Shown piece by piece: positions 1-10,525 of a stretch of 47,168 nucleotides of DNA. The DNA comes from Klebsormidium nitens. Lineage: Eukaryota; Plantae; Klebsormidiophyceae. Positions within the stretch are counted from its first letter, which is position 1. Each line of letters starts with the position of its first letter. The stretch lies in contig DF237599.1 of NCBI GenBank assembly GCA_000708835.1, forward strand, positions 1-47,168, given 5' to 3'. Position numbers and translations under genes: made by a program. Under the pieces are notes generated by a model. It made no database searches. It was given only the letters and a program-made list of their open reading frames with translations, and was not told the origin of the DNA.

Positions 1-348
1 AGGCTCGGACCCCGGCGGCGTGCGTAAGGGGGTTTTGGAACCGTGAACTTTCGTGCGACATGTGAGACCGTTCGCAATTCTGCCGCGCCTAGTTGCTCTC
101 GTCTTGGAAGCAGGCTTGTCTGAGACCTTCGGAGGCTGCCAGGCGGGCGGCCGACCCGGGCCCGGCCGGGGTACGGTCAGACTCGAAGTCAGACTGCCCG
201 GAAGTTGAAAATCTGTGAGGCTGGGTTGCAGACTGCCCGGAAGTTGAACCTGAAAGTCGGCCGGGCCCCGGGCAGAACCGGCGCAGAACCGCGCGCGAGG
301 CGACGACTGCTTTGACGTCCTCGTCCATGGTCTCCTGGCCGGCGCCAT
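1..348 (-). CDS. Possible first exon of a divergent gene running off the window
   Basis: An ATG at 348 opens a stop-free frame to position 1 (MAPARRPWTRTSKQSSPRARF..), with an in-frame repeat (QLPGSL twice). No homology recognised. Confidence 0.25.
   Translation of the reverse strand, partial: MAPARRPWTRTSKQSSPRARFCAGSARGPADFQVQLPGSLQPSLTDFQLPGSLTSSLTVPRPGPGRPPAWQPPKVSDKPASKTRATRRGRIANGLTCRTKVHGSKTPLRTPPGSEP
190..248. repeat. 20-bp direct repeat, period 39
   Basis: CAGACTGCCCGGAAGTTGAA at 190-209 and 229-248. Confidence 0.95.
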
Positions 349-578
349 GGCCGCCTCTTCTTCTCCGGCGGTCCCCTGCGATTCAGCGTAACGCTTTTCC
401 GGGAACCTGCCTTCAGAGCGCCACACGCGCGCCCTTCCTGAGCTGAAAGGTGCAGAGGCTGCGGAATCCTACCTGCCGGGGCTGTCTCATCAGAGGTGTG
501 GAGCATCGCGCTGGTGACTGCTGGACGAGCTCAGGACGACACGATCTGGTGGGGCGAGCGTTCTGCGGGGCCGGGGAC

Positions 579-3500
579 ATGGCGTCGCTCCATAAAGAAC
601 CGCTGGAGATGGCCCTGGCGAGGGCCTTTGGGGAGGGAGGGCCCCTCGCGGAGGTGTATGTTGGAAAGATGAGATTCTCAAAGCTGATCCTTGGGATTTG
701 CGGGAAGCTAGAGCGACTGAAAACGTTTCACGCAGACGAGATTGCGTCCATCAAAAAGGGTTTTGAAGAGGAGAAGAAGGAACTGCTGGGCCTCACTGCG
801 GCCGCCAAGGGACAGCCAACCACCGCACGCCAAGTGGAGGCCCAGCCAGTCGCCAAGACTGGCGTGGATGAGGCCAGGCTGGCTGGCAGCGCCGCAGAGG
901 GACGACCTGGGGCGGAGTCCGCGGATGTTGCAACGCTACGCGGGCTGCAGGCGCAGGTAGCGGAGCTGCGCGCAGAGCTGGAGGCATGCGCTGCGGCGCA
1001 GGAGGAGAGCGTGACGGGCATCCAGGTGGTGGCCGCGCAGGGAGCCAGGTGCGGCAGGAACACGTGCAACACGGCACTGCTGAAACCCATTGAAGATTTG
1101 CGGAAGCGTGTATGAATGATCAGATGATGTGCAAAACGAGTTGGTTGTCGCAGCAGCGGAGGGTTGGTGTCTCATGCTCCCACCTCCTTCAGAACTTTGC
1201 GAGCAGGCTATGAAGCAAGAAGAGGGCCTTTATTGAACATTGCATGAGTCAAAACGTTTTTGTAATAAAGCTTGCCCCAGTACTGCAAGCTTCTTTGGCA
1301 ATTGCTTCTCCTGAAAACGTTTGATGGAAAGGTGGCACCCAAAACGTTCTATGAGGTAAGCAGCCCTGAAAACGTCTTGCTTGAGGGGCAGTCTTTTGAA
1401 GGCTATGATTGCAAACCAGCAGAAGAACGTTTCTGTTTAGTACCAGCCTTGAGAAAGTTTTTACAGGACTCCTTTTGTGAAAACGTTCTGATTGAGACAC
1501 TCCAAGAACGTTTCTTTGCGGAGCAGCCACTAAAACGTCTTCATGCAACAAAAGCCAGCCCTAAAAGCGATTTGAAAGGCAGTCAGCAGCGCTTTATCAA
1601 GACACAGCCATGGCAAACCTGCAAATGATCGGGCAGAGTCAGCTTGAAAGGATCTCATAAAGAGTCAGCAACAGCTTGGGTGGAGACATCATTCAAAACG
1701 CTTTTGTAAAGACATTTCGTCCATCTTTTGACTCTCTGCTATTCAACCCTAGTAGTTTTTGCAGTGCAGGCAAAACGCTTTGTTGGGGACAAGTTCGAAA
1801 TTGATTCAGTTGGCAGCAGTCTTGAATTTTGCTTTCTCCATGACATGCAGTCCCCAGAAACGTTTTCGTTGAGAACAAGCGCTCAAGGCGTTCTGCCCGC
1901 ATGCGCGCCCTGGAAACATTCTCTTTGAAGAGATGACAGAGAAGCTTGGTTTGGAGACGCCAAGTCCGAACGACCTACATCCATTGATGTGCTTGTTAAA
2001 CGTTTCGGTTGAGTAATAGCCCAGGAATCTTTTTTTGATGGAGAATCTTTTGTGTCCCAATACAGCCAGCCTGGACAATTTCGTCTTGAGCGCCTGCCCT
2101 CAGCCCCACTGTGTGCTTGCAAGCTTGTCTCCTCTCTCCCTGGACGTCTCCCATCCGCCGCTCTGCCTGCTCGCTTCTCTGTGGCCCTCTTCCGCATGCT
2201 TGCGGCTGTGCTCTGGCAAGGCTTTGCTTCATTATTTTCCCACCCCTGCTGCCTTGCCCTGGCCCTCTGCCCTGTCCTCCTCCGCAGGCTGCTCTGCTCG
2301 TCAGGCCCTGCTGATTCATGCCTAAGAGGGCGTCAAAACCCTCGATTGGACGGATTTGCGTCCACTCAAGCGCAAGGCTCGGGGCATGCTCTGGCTGGAG
2401 TTGGCAAGGCTGTATAACCGGGCCTGTCTTGCTTCCTGAACATTTTGACGACATGCTTGCGTCGCGATTGCCAGAGTAGCTCCGCCTGAGCCGTCTTGAA
2501 GGGTTTCTTCTCCTGGCTGGGCGTCTCGCTGCCACGGGTGGAGCTCAAACATGAGAGGGGTGTGCCAAGATTCAGACCTGTGTTGGTTCTCGTTCGGTTT
2601 CATGACCACCAAAGTCCGATGCGCATCTCTGTCGCTGAGGTGGACATCAGAAGCGGGTCCGATTGTCTTTGCTCAATTTGGTGCCGCTGATTGTCCCTGT
2701 CTGGGGCAGGTCCTCAAGCGACACAAGCGGGCCAGACGTCTTCAAGAGCACTCGTTTCAACCCTGTGTGTTCAAGTCTGCCGATCCTCCCTGGTCACCGA
2801 TTGTTGAGAGACAATGGCCGTCAGGACCCTTCGGCGGTTCCTTCCGGGGTTTGCTTTCTTTCCTGAGCCCATTTACCCCTTCGCTTTCAGACCCAGGACT
2901 GCCGACTGTCGCCGTATTCTGCAACCTGAAATCGTCAACGAATCGTTCTTGTGCAGGGACTCACGCTGGGTCTTCCGAGCCTCATCTCGTTTGGACCCAT
3001 TTGTGAAGAAGAGGCTGGTGTCTGTCCCCCGACCCAGGTCCTCTTGCTTTTCTCGCACCCTGGCAGGCCTACACTCCGTGTTCAAAGTGGACGCTAGCTA
3101 CCTCGAACCGCCCACTTTCTGGTGCATCGTATTTCCTGCTCGATCTAATCACCGCCTCCCCCCTCCTTTCCGTGCAGGTCTGGCTGCCCATCGTGCCAGG
3201 CGGTGAAGGCCACGGTGGGTGCCTGGCGCGCGGCAAACGGGCTGGCGGGCGCGGGCGAGACGGTGGCGAGCGCGTACGCGAAGCTGGACCTGCGCGACCG
3301 CGAGGCGCTGCTGGCCATCCTGGACCTCGAGAAGGCCGCGCCCGCCGCGGGGCCGCACGACGCACCCCCCGTAGGCGACGAGCTGACAGCGGAGGGCCTG
3401 CTGGAGCGGATGACCGACGCCAGTGCGGAAGGAGTCAAGCTGCGGGGCGGCAGCGCGGGCGCGGAGCGCGACGCGCGGGCGGCAGACGGGGACGTGGACG

Positions 3501-5755
3501 CGGGGTCGAGCCGCAGCAGCGACGAGACGTGGAGCTACGAGGAAGAGCAGAGAGGGGACTCGCGGGGGAGCGCGGCGGTGGCGCAATTGGCGGCGCTGTC
3601 GGAGGCGCTGGACGCGGAGGCGGAGGCGCTCAATCTGCGGCTGACGGCGGAGCGCGGGGTGGTGGGGGCGCCCGAGAGGAGCGACTGGGCGCAGGAAGCC
3701 AAGGAGGCGCGCGTGAGAAGGGCGGCCGCGGAGGCGCGTGCGCGGGGGGGCAAGGCGAAGGTAAGGGGAGGGAAAGACCGCCTACGCGGGGACGAAGGGG
3801 TTGCTGGGGTCCATCCGTTGGGCGGCTGCCCTGTCTCGTAAACCTGGGCACGCAAGGCAGGGGTATGAGGGACGAGAGCCCGACTGTGTCGGATTCGCTC
3901 ACTCCCGTCGGTTGACGGACGGGCGTTGCAAGGCTCTCTGATTGAAATCTAACACAAAAGCCTTTTCCTGACTCAGCTCTGTCGTGGCCGTGGTGCAGGC
4001 TGCCTCGAGTAAGCCTCTGAATGAGCCTTCGCGTCCCCCCAGCCGGCTGGGCCGCCTGCCCGTCAAGACCGCGCGCTACTCAGACAGCGAGGTACGGCCC
4101 CACGCTTCGGGCACTACACTGCTCGCGGACCGGCCTCGTGCCTGCCACGTTAGGCAGCCTCAGCGTTCTTCGCAAGCTGCTGAGGACGCTTTCTTAAATG
4201 ATTGGAATTGCGCGCAACAGCAGATTGTTTTTCAGAAACTCCTTTGCGTCTTTGCGTCCTGCAGCAGTCAAGCCCTCAAATGATGAGCAAGGGAAGGCGC
4301 CGCTTCGGACGCCCCTCCCATCCATCTGGGTATTGACCCCCCCCCTCTCTTTCGTGCAGTACGACTTCGAGCTGGAGGAGGCCCCCCCTGCGCGCAAGCG
4401 GCCGCGCCCCGACTCGCTGCGCCCGCTGGAGGAGCGGCCCAGCATGCCGCCGCTCACGCCGAGCCCCACCTGGAAGCTGAACGCCCAGCCCGACTGGAAG
4501 CCCGCCGGGCCGTCCCCGCGCGCCGTGCTGGGCCTAGCCTCGCCGCAGGCAGCGCGGGGTGGAGCGGGGAGCCTGCCGACCCCGCGCGTGACCAAGGCGT
4601 TGGGAGGCGCCGACTTTGTGCGCGAGCTGGACGCGTTCTGCAAGCCCAAGCACGGCAAGGACGGGCCGCGCTTCGAGGGCAAGCTGCGAATCTGGAAGAG
4701 CGGCGAGGTCGTCATGTTCTGCCGCTGCGACGCCTGCACCGCCAAGCACGGTGAGCACCTACCCCGACAGCCAGCCGGGCGGCCGCGGGGCTCCTGGCGG
4801 CTGCGGCTTGGCGTTTCAGTGGTCCGGGGAACGGGCGAATGTTCGTGTAAACTGAACGTCTGCGATATGAGCTTTGACACGGGTTGAGGGGATATTCATT
4901 CTGTCACATCATTGTGTTGGACGGAAGGGCCTTCTCTCGATTGCGTGTTGTCCTCTAGTCTGACGCCGGTGGGTTGTGCGCCGCAGGGCCAGAGGGCGTG
5001 GGCATGTCCCCGGTGGAGTTCGAGGTGCACGCGGGCCGCGGCGCGACCAAGAAGTGGCGCCACAGCATCTGGGTGGCCTACCCGCAACTGCATGGCCCAC
5101 CGCATGAGTCCACCATAGAAAAGTGCGAGGAGCTCAACGGGGGCAAAAACCTCACCCCGGTCGGGCTTACCGCGCCCGGGGCCGCCACGCCCCGACCGCC
5201 GCCGCCGCCACCCGCCATGCAGCGGCACGCGGACCAGCTAGTGCAGGTGAGCGCTGAGCGAGAGCCCAGCACGGCTCGTGGGGGTAAGAAGATCTGAGTC
5301 TTTCGAAAGCCGTGAGTTCGAAGGGAGATTACCCACTGGTCCAAAGCCTCTGCGACTTTTCTTGGTAGAAGGCGAAGCTTTGAGACACATTGGGTCCGGC
5401 TCATTACCTAATTGTTATTACTGTAGAGCTTTAAACTGCTACTCCAGACGTTTGATTCGCCCCCCTGACCGTGCAGTGTAAATCGTGTGGGAAATGGCGG
5501 CGCTTCCGGCGTGCGGTGCCGTCCGACTTTGCGCGGGCGGCGCGCGCGGCGGCGGACCCCGACTGGAAGTGCGCGGACCACTACGACGCGAGCGTGGCGA
5601 GCTGCCACATCCCGGAGGAGCGGTCGAGCCGCAACCGGCGGCCCGGGTGCGAGGCGTGCTACTTCAGCGAGCTCGGGTGCGCCAAGTGCCGCGACTGCAC
5701 CGGCTGCAATTACTGCCGCCCCGCGCAGCCGCCCGAGGTGGAACTGCTCGAGTGA
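579..5755 (+). CDS. ULT1: ULTRAPETALA-like SAND-domain chromatin protein with long N-terminal extension and C-terminal CW-like/ULT Cys-rich domain (paralog 1, ~691 aa)
   Basis: Six exons join in frame at GT/AG sites: 579-1048, 3178-3760, 3999-4091, 4360-4750, 4987-5246, 5477-5755 (phases 2,0,0,1,0; 2076 nt). SAND region: FEGKLRIWKSGEVVMFCRCDAC..MSPVEFEVHAGRGATKKWRHSIWV. C-terminus: HADQLVQCKSCGKWRRF..DPDWKCADH..SCHIPEERSSRN..GCEACYFSELGCAKCRDC. Both segments resemble Arabidopsis ULT1 as I recall it. The symbol means homologue, not proven orthologue; the start codon is tentative. Confidence 0.85.
1251..2010. repeat. Degenerate ~27-28 bp tandem array with AAAACGTT core in intron 1 of SAND paralog 1
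   Basis: The core A(A/G)AACGT recurs at 1251, 1314, 1341, 1369, 1424, 1480, 1505 and 1532, with weaker copies to ~2000. Units include CAGCCCTGAAAACGTCTT and CAGCCACTAAAACGTCTT. Confidence 0.65.
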
Positions 5756-7317
5756 CAGGCGGCACTGGCGGGCCTTGCGAGGGACGGGGGAATGTATAGC
5801 GGTGTGTTTGTCAATCCCGTGTAAGGGTTGCCCGTCAAAGGTAGCGGTCGCTAATCTGGAATTCATAAATGGTAAAGTTAAGAATGTCGACACTGGCCAG
5901 TTCGTTGACCCCTTCATCGTAGGCAGGGCTATCCGCTTTGGATTGGATTGCGTTTTCCAAGCTTCTACTGAGTAAGTAACATACCATGGTCTATAATCAG
6001 GCTCTTGCAGTGAGGTTATTTTCGTCAATCTCTAGGCAGATTGTTGCATCGACTTCTGCACTTATGATTGGCCAGATTTGTCAGCATGCGGTGCCTGCGG
6101 TTAGGCAAGGCAATACCTGCAGTCGGCCGGGCAGTCAGAATCTTGATGTATGCCGGGACAAGAGACAAGCTCACTTGATAAATATCGCCGCACTGTCTAC
6201 GGCCCATAAAACCAGGACCTTTGTTTGACTCGCATCTTGCAATGGTTACCGATCGTTGCGGATTGATTGCAAGAGCTCATGTATGCCGGCGCCGCAAGTT
6301 CCCAGCTCAAGAGCACTGCATCTTTCTCATGAAATTACTTTGTCCTCAGTCCTACGTTTTCAACGCCAGCTTCATTTATGGAAAGGTCCTGACATCGTAT
6401 CGTTTCCCGCGCATTCGGGAAAAATCGCAAGCTATAGCCCTTGTGTGAGCAAATCCCGCAGCATACATGCAGAGTCCTTGACGACAATGCGTCAGACTGC
6501 TTGTTTCCCCCGCATCGTTTAAAGAGTGCCTGACCGTGAAGATAAGGGTGGTGCGCGCCTAAGACCACCTCACCTACACGCCAAATCTTTCCCTCAGGTC
6601 ACTATGTGTCCTCATTCAGTATGGGCTGGACAATTGATTAGCGAATCGGTTGGGCTCTGTTGCCGCTATAGGTGGCTGTTCACCCTACCTCGTGTCACAC
6701 CTTGTATAGTAGTGCACAACATGATACATCCGCTGCGCAAATTCGGAATTGCAGTAGGTACAGTAACTTAGTCTTGCCGTATCACTGTGACTGGGGGATG
6801 TTGATACGCGATCCTTGATCCTCAAGGCCCCCGCCAAATCCTAGAGGCCACGTGTCACTCCAGGGTCGCATCGGAGCGTCACGTCAAAGTGTTCAGCGAC
6901 CGTTTGTTTCAACCGCTACAACACGGACAACTGAATGGCAGCACTGGCCGAGGCCAGGCGGTGACAAGCTCCAGATGTGACCTGCGACCCTCTCAATGTT
7001 GGCAGGGGGGAGGCGGAGCAGCCGCGCAGACAGGCCGACCAAACCAACACACAAGATTGCAATCCAGTCAGGCTGAGATACAATCATTGATCAACCCGCA
7101 ATCACCAAATAGATCGCAAGACGTGAAAGGGGCAGGGAGAGATTGCTGAACACTGTGTTGAGGAGTCAAGCTAACTATGTAATTATTCAGGGCGCTATCC
7201 CTCGAGAGTTCATTCTCAATTGGTTGACGCAGGAAAGGAGAGGGGGCGCATGTCCTTCCGCTGAGATTCTGGACCCCTCAGGAGCAGCGCCTATCGACAT
7301 TCAGACTGGAAAGCACG

Positions 7318-10300
7318 ATGCTGCAGGACGCTGTGCATTCTTCAGGGTCGCTGCCTCTGGAAGTGCAGCTTGCGGGGATGTTCAGCCGCGGTGGTCTTTT
7401 GGAAGACGCCCGCCTGGGAGGCATGCACGTTGGCAGACTCATGGCTAAAATCACCGCAAGCTTTGAGAGTCTCAAAGAACACCAGGCCGATGAAATCGCA
7501 GCGCTTAAGAGAGGCTTTCGACTGGAGATTGAGAAGCTCCTCGGTGACATTCCAGGGGACAGAAAGGAGACAGGACAGGATGTAGCGGGTTTTTGGCATG
7601 ATGAGTTGGAGACGCGAAGAAGCCACGAGGGATCTGATCCGTCATCAAACACAGAGGAGTCTTCAGAACAAGCCATCACTACCAATTGCACAGAGACAGT
7701 TTGTTTGCAGAACAACGAGATCAGCGAGTGGGATCCGCAGGACTGCACGGAGCTTGCGATGGTCTGTTCAGATCCACCCGCTGAGCACCGAACGATGCAA
7801 GGAGTTGACAGGTTGGTTGTTCAGAAGAGCATGCTCGTCGTCTCGAGCTTTTGACTAAGAATGATATCCCAGGTGACATGGCCGATATTGACCTGCTTCT
7901 GAGGGCCCCCTTAGAGGGCAACCATTTGGAGACTCACCCTCAGACACTCATACGCAGGTCTGGAAGATGCGCACCATCTGCTTACAGCTGTTCTCAGCAT
8001 CTAGCAAGTTACCATGACAGTCTATAATAATTACCTTAAGAGACATGTCAATCGTTTCAAGAGCATTTCAGAAGCAATTGGACGTTGTCTGTCAAGCAGA
8101 TTGACAATCGCATCCTGTAAACGTCTCACTTCTGAAATTTTTTCGTTTGCAAAGTGATCGGAATTCGGCAAGTTGGTCACTGCGCCAGCAGGTTTCTTCG
8201 CTTCGAAGGAGCGGTGTACTACTCTTCGCTTCTTTTCTACCAGCAAACGAAACCCCACGAAGTGAGAATGAAATAATAGCTCGGCGCAGACAGTTCGGCA
8301 GGAGTTGCAGTAGGCACCAAGCAGGCTAAGTTTTCAGGCCTTCACATGCGCGAGGTAGTAAACATGTACTCTGCACAATCATTTCAGCTCCAATTATTCT
8401 CGTCTCACCCGGAGGTTGCTTTGAGTCAACAGGACTTCTGGTCATCTCAGATTCATCCAACTTGAGTCGACAGGTACATCTCGTTGGCAGAAGTAGTAGC
8501 ACTCAATTGAAGCTTGCGTTCATTATGGCGCTTACAGGCTTACGGTTCTGCAGAATCCTGACTCGTAGTTTATGCATCCTCTGAGACGGTCTTTAAGGAG
8601 CAGTCCATGCGCTCTCACTGCCGCTTCGTTCCCTAGCAATGGCGTGGTTATCAGCTTGAAGGGACATCTCCTGATTTCTGCGACCCCTGTGCAGGTCGCC
8701 CCCCTTCCCAGCCCCCCTCGCCGGCACCTGCAAGCGCGCCTGGGACAGCATGGAGATGCTTCAGCGCACACACGGTTCGCACTGCCACGTGGATCAGCCT
8801 GTGAGTGGAGACCTGCCTGGGTGGGGCCAGGGCCTGTTGTCCCCCGCCAGCGTGCTCCCGACGGCCTCCTTCTCCGAGCAGTCCGGCATGTCATCGGAGT
8901 GGGGGGCCGAGGCGCGAGACACCGCGGGCAGCAGCGCGTGGGGCCCGCGGTCGGAGGAGGCGGACCGCGAGAGCGAGCGGCTCAACCTGGCGCTGCAGCC
9001 GGAACAGCGGATCGACGACAGCCAGGACGCGCCCTGGCGGAAGGAAGCCGCGGAGGCCAAGCGCAGGTTCGAGGACAGCCTCGCGCAGAGCTGGGCGCCG
9101 GAGCAGGCCGCCAAGGTGAGGCGACACGACTGCTTGGTCTGACCGTGAAGCACGACTTTGGCTTGGTCAGCACATGTCATTTGTAGAAATGACGAACTTC
9201 TTCTCTTCGGAGTCAGCGCCTGATCATCTCTGGGATGCGAGTCGAGATACTTCCACCGGAAGCTTTTCACCTCCGAAATGCCCTCTTCTCAGTCTCCTTG
9301 TTCTTCTCGATTCCGAATCCTCAGCCTGGTGTCCCAGATTACTCTGCCACTCACGAGCCGCAAACAACCACGCGGAACGCCCGGCCTTGGCTGCTCGCCT
9401 TCACCCCCGACCCCAAGCCCCTTCACGGCCGCCGTCGTCATCCCGGCCACTGCTCCTTCCCCCGCGGCCAAGCGCGTCCGGCGCAGCCAGAGTCCCTTCC
9501 GCGACTACCCCAGCCCCGCGCCCGAGCAGAAGCTTCCCCCGCGGCGGCCACGCCTCTGTTCCCGAGCATAAAGCGCGCGCGCACCAAGCGGCTCGTGGCG
9601 GCCGTCCAAGTGGCGGTCCTCGCACTCCCCTGCCCTTTCCCTCCCACCGCCGCCGAGCAGCGCCTGCCGCCCCCGCAGCCGCCCGTCGCCGCCGATCACG
9701 GACAGCCGCTGACGTCACCGGCTGCTCCGGCCTCCCCCCGGTCGCCGGCCCCTTCCTCGCTGAGCCCGAGCGCGTTGCTGGCGGACGAGACGGTGCACAA
9801 GTACCAGGCGTTCTGCAAGCCCAAGTCGGGGACGGAGGGGGCCAACTTCGAGGGGACGCTGTGCGTGATGCGCAGCAAGAGGGCCATCGTCATCTGCGCC
9901 TGCCGAGACTGCGTGGAGACGCATGGTGAGCAAACAGGAAAACCGAGATTGCAAATAAACTGCGAGGCGGCTTCGGAGTGGTGCTAACTTCGGTGTTCGT
10001 TTCAAAAAGAAGCTGGTGAGTGGAAGATGAAGGTAGCAGATGCTTAACTTTTGCGAGTCTTGAGAAGATGGAGAAGCCCTTTTGTCTGAACAGCTTCGCT
10101 TGAGATTTCGAATCCATTCGACAGTGGTGAAAGACTGTGAGGGCCCATTTCAAGTTGATCCAATTTGGACAAGATCGAAATGCCTTCATGTCCATGGCAC
10201 TTATGCGGTTCAAGACCGTGTTCTGACAATAACCCTCGCTCTGTGCTTTTCTGCGCCAGGCGCGGCGGGTCGCGGTCTGTCTCCGGTGGAGTTCGAGGCC

Positions 10301-10525
10301 CACGCGGGGCGGCTGCACCACAAGAAGTGGCGCCAGAGCATCTGGGTGCGCCTCCCCGCCGCGGGCGGCCCCCGCGAGACGACCGTGGAGCAGTGCCGCG
10401 CGCTGCAGGGGGGCAAGCACCTCGTCTCCGTGCCGGCCGCGCCAGACGCGCCGCCCGTCAGGACCAGCTCGCAAGCGCCCGGCCGACTGCGGCACAGCGG
10501 GAGTTCCGGGGTAAGCACGACGTGA
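7318..10525 (+). CDS. SAND-domain ULT-like protein, paralog 2 (no recognisable C-terminal Cys-rich domain)
   Basis: Exons 7318-7811, 8695-9115, ~9325-9925 (acceptor uncertain), 10260-10525 (or spliced at the GTAAGC donor at 10511). N-module PLEVQLAGMFSRGGLLEDARLG..QADEIAALKRGFRLEIEKLLG is homologous to paralog 1. SAND: FCKPKSGTEGANFEGTLCVMRSKRAIVICACRDC..LSPVEFEAHAGRLHHKKWRQSIWV. The phase-2 intron after the N-module and the phase-1 intron inside SAND match paralog 1. Confidence 0.75.

Noticed and set aside
2490-3170. ORF fragments in the second half of intron 1 (e.g. GFFSWLGVSLPRVELKH.., 2814-3206)
   Set aside because: No recognisable homology, and exon 1 joins 3178 directly in frame; probably intronic or TE debris.
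3069-5404. Numerous long overlapping and antisense ORFs over the GC-rich exons (also 8532-10539, 14172-16727, 22282-24067)
   Set aside because: These are shadow frames of GC-rich exons with no domain-like content; the spliced models explain the regions.
5790-5975. Protein-like tail KGCPSKVAVANLEFINGKVKNVDTGQFVDPF after the paralog 1 stop
   Set aside because: It is in a different frame from the CW-like exon, with no convincing acceptor or homology.
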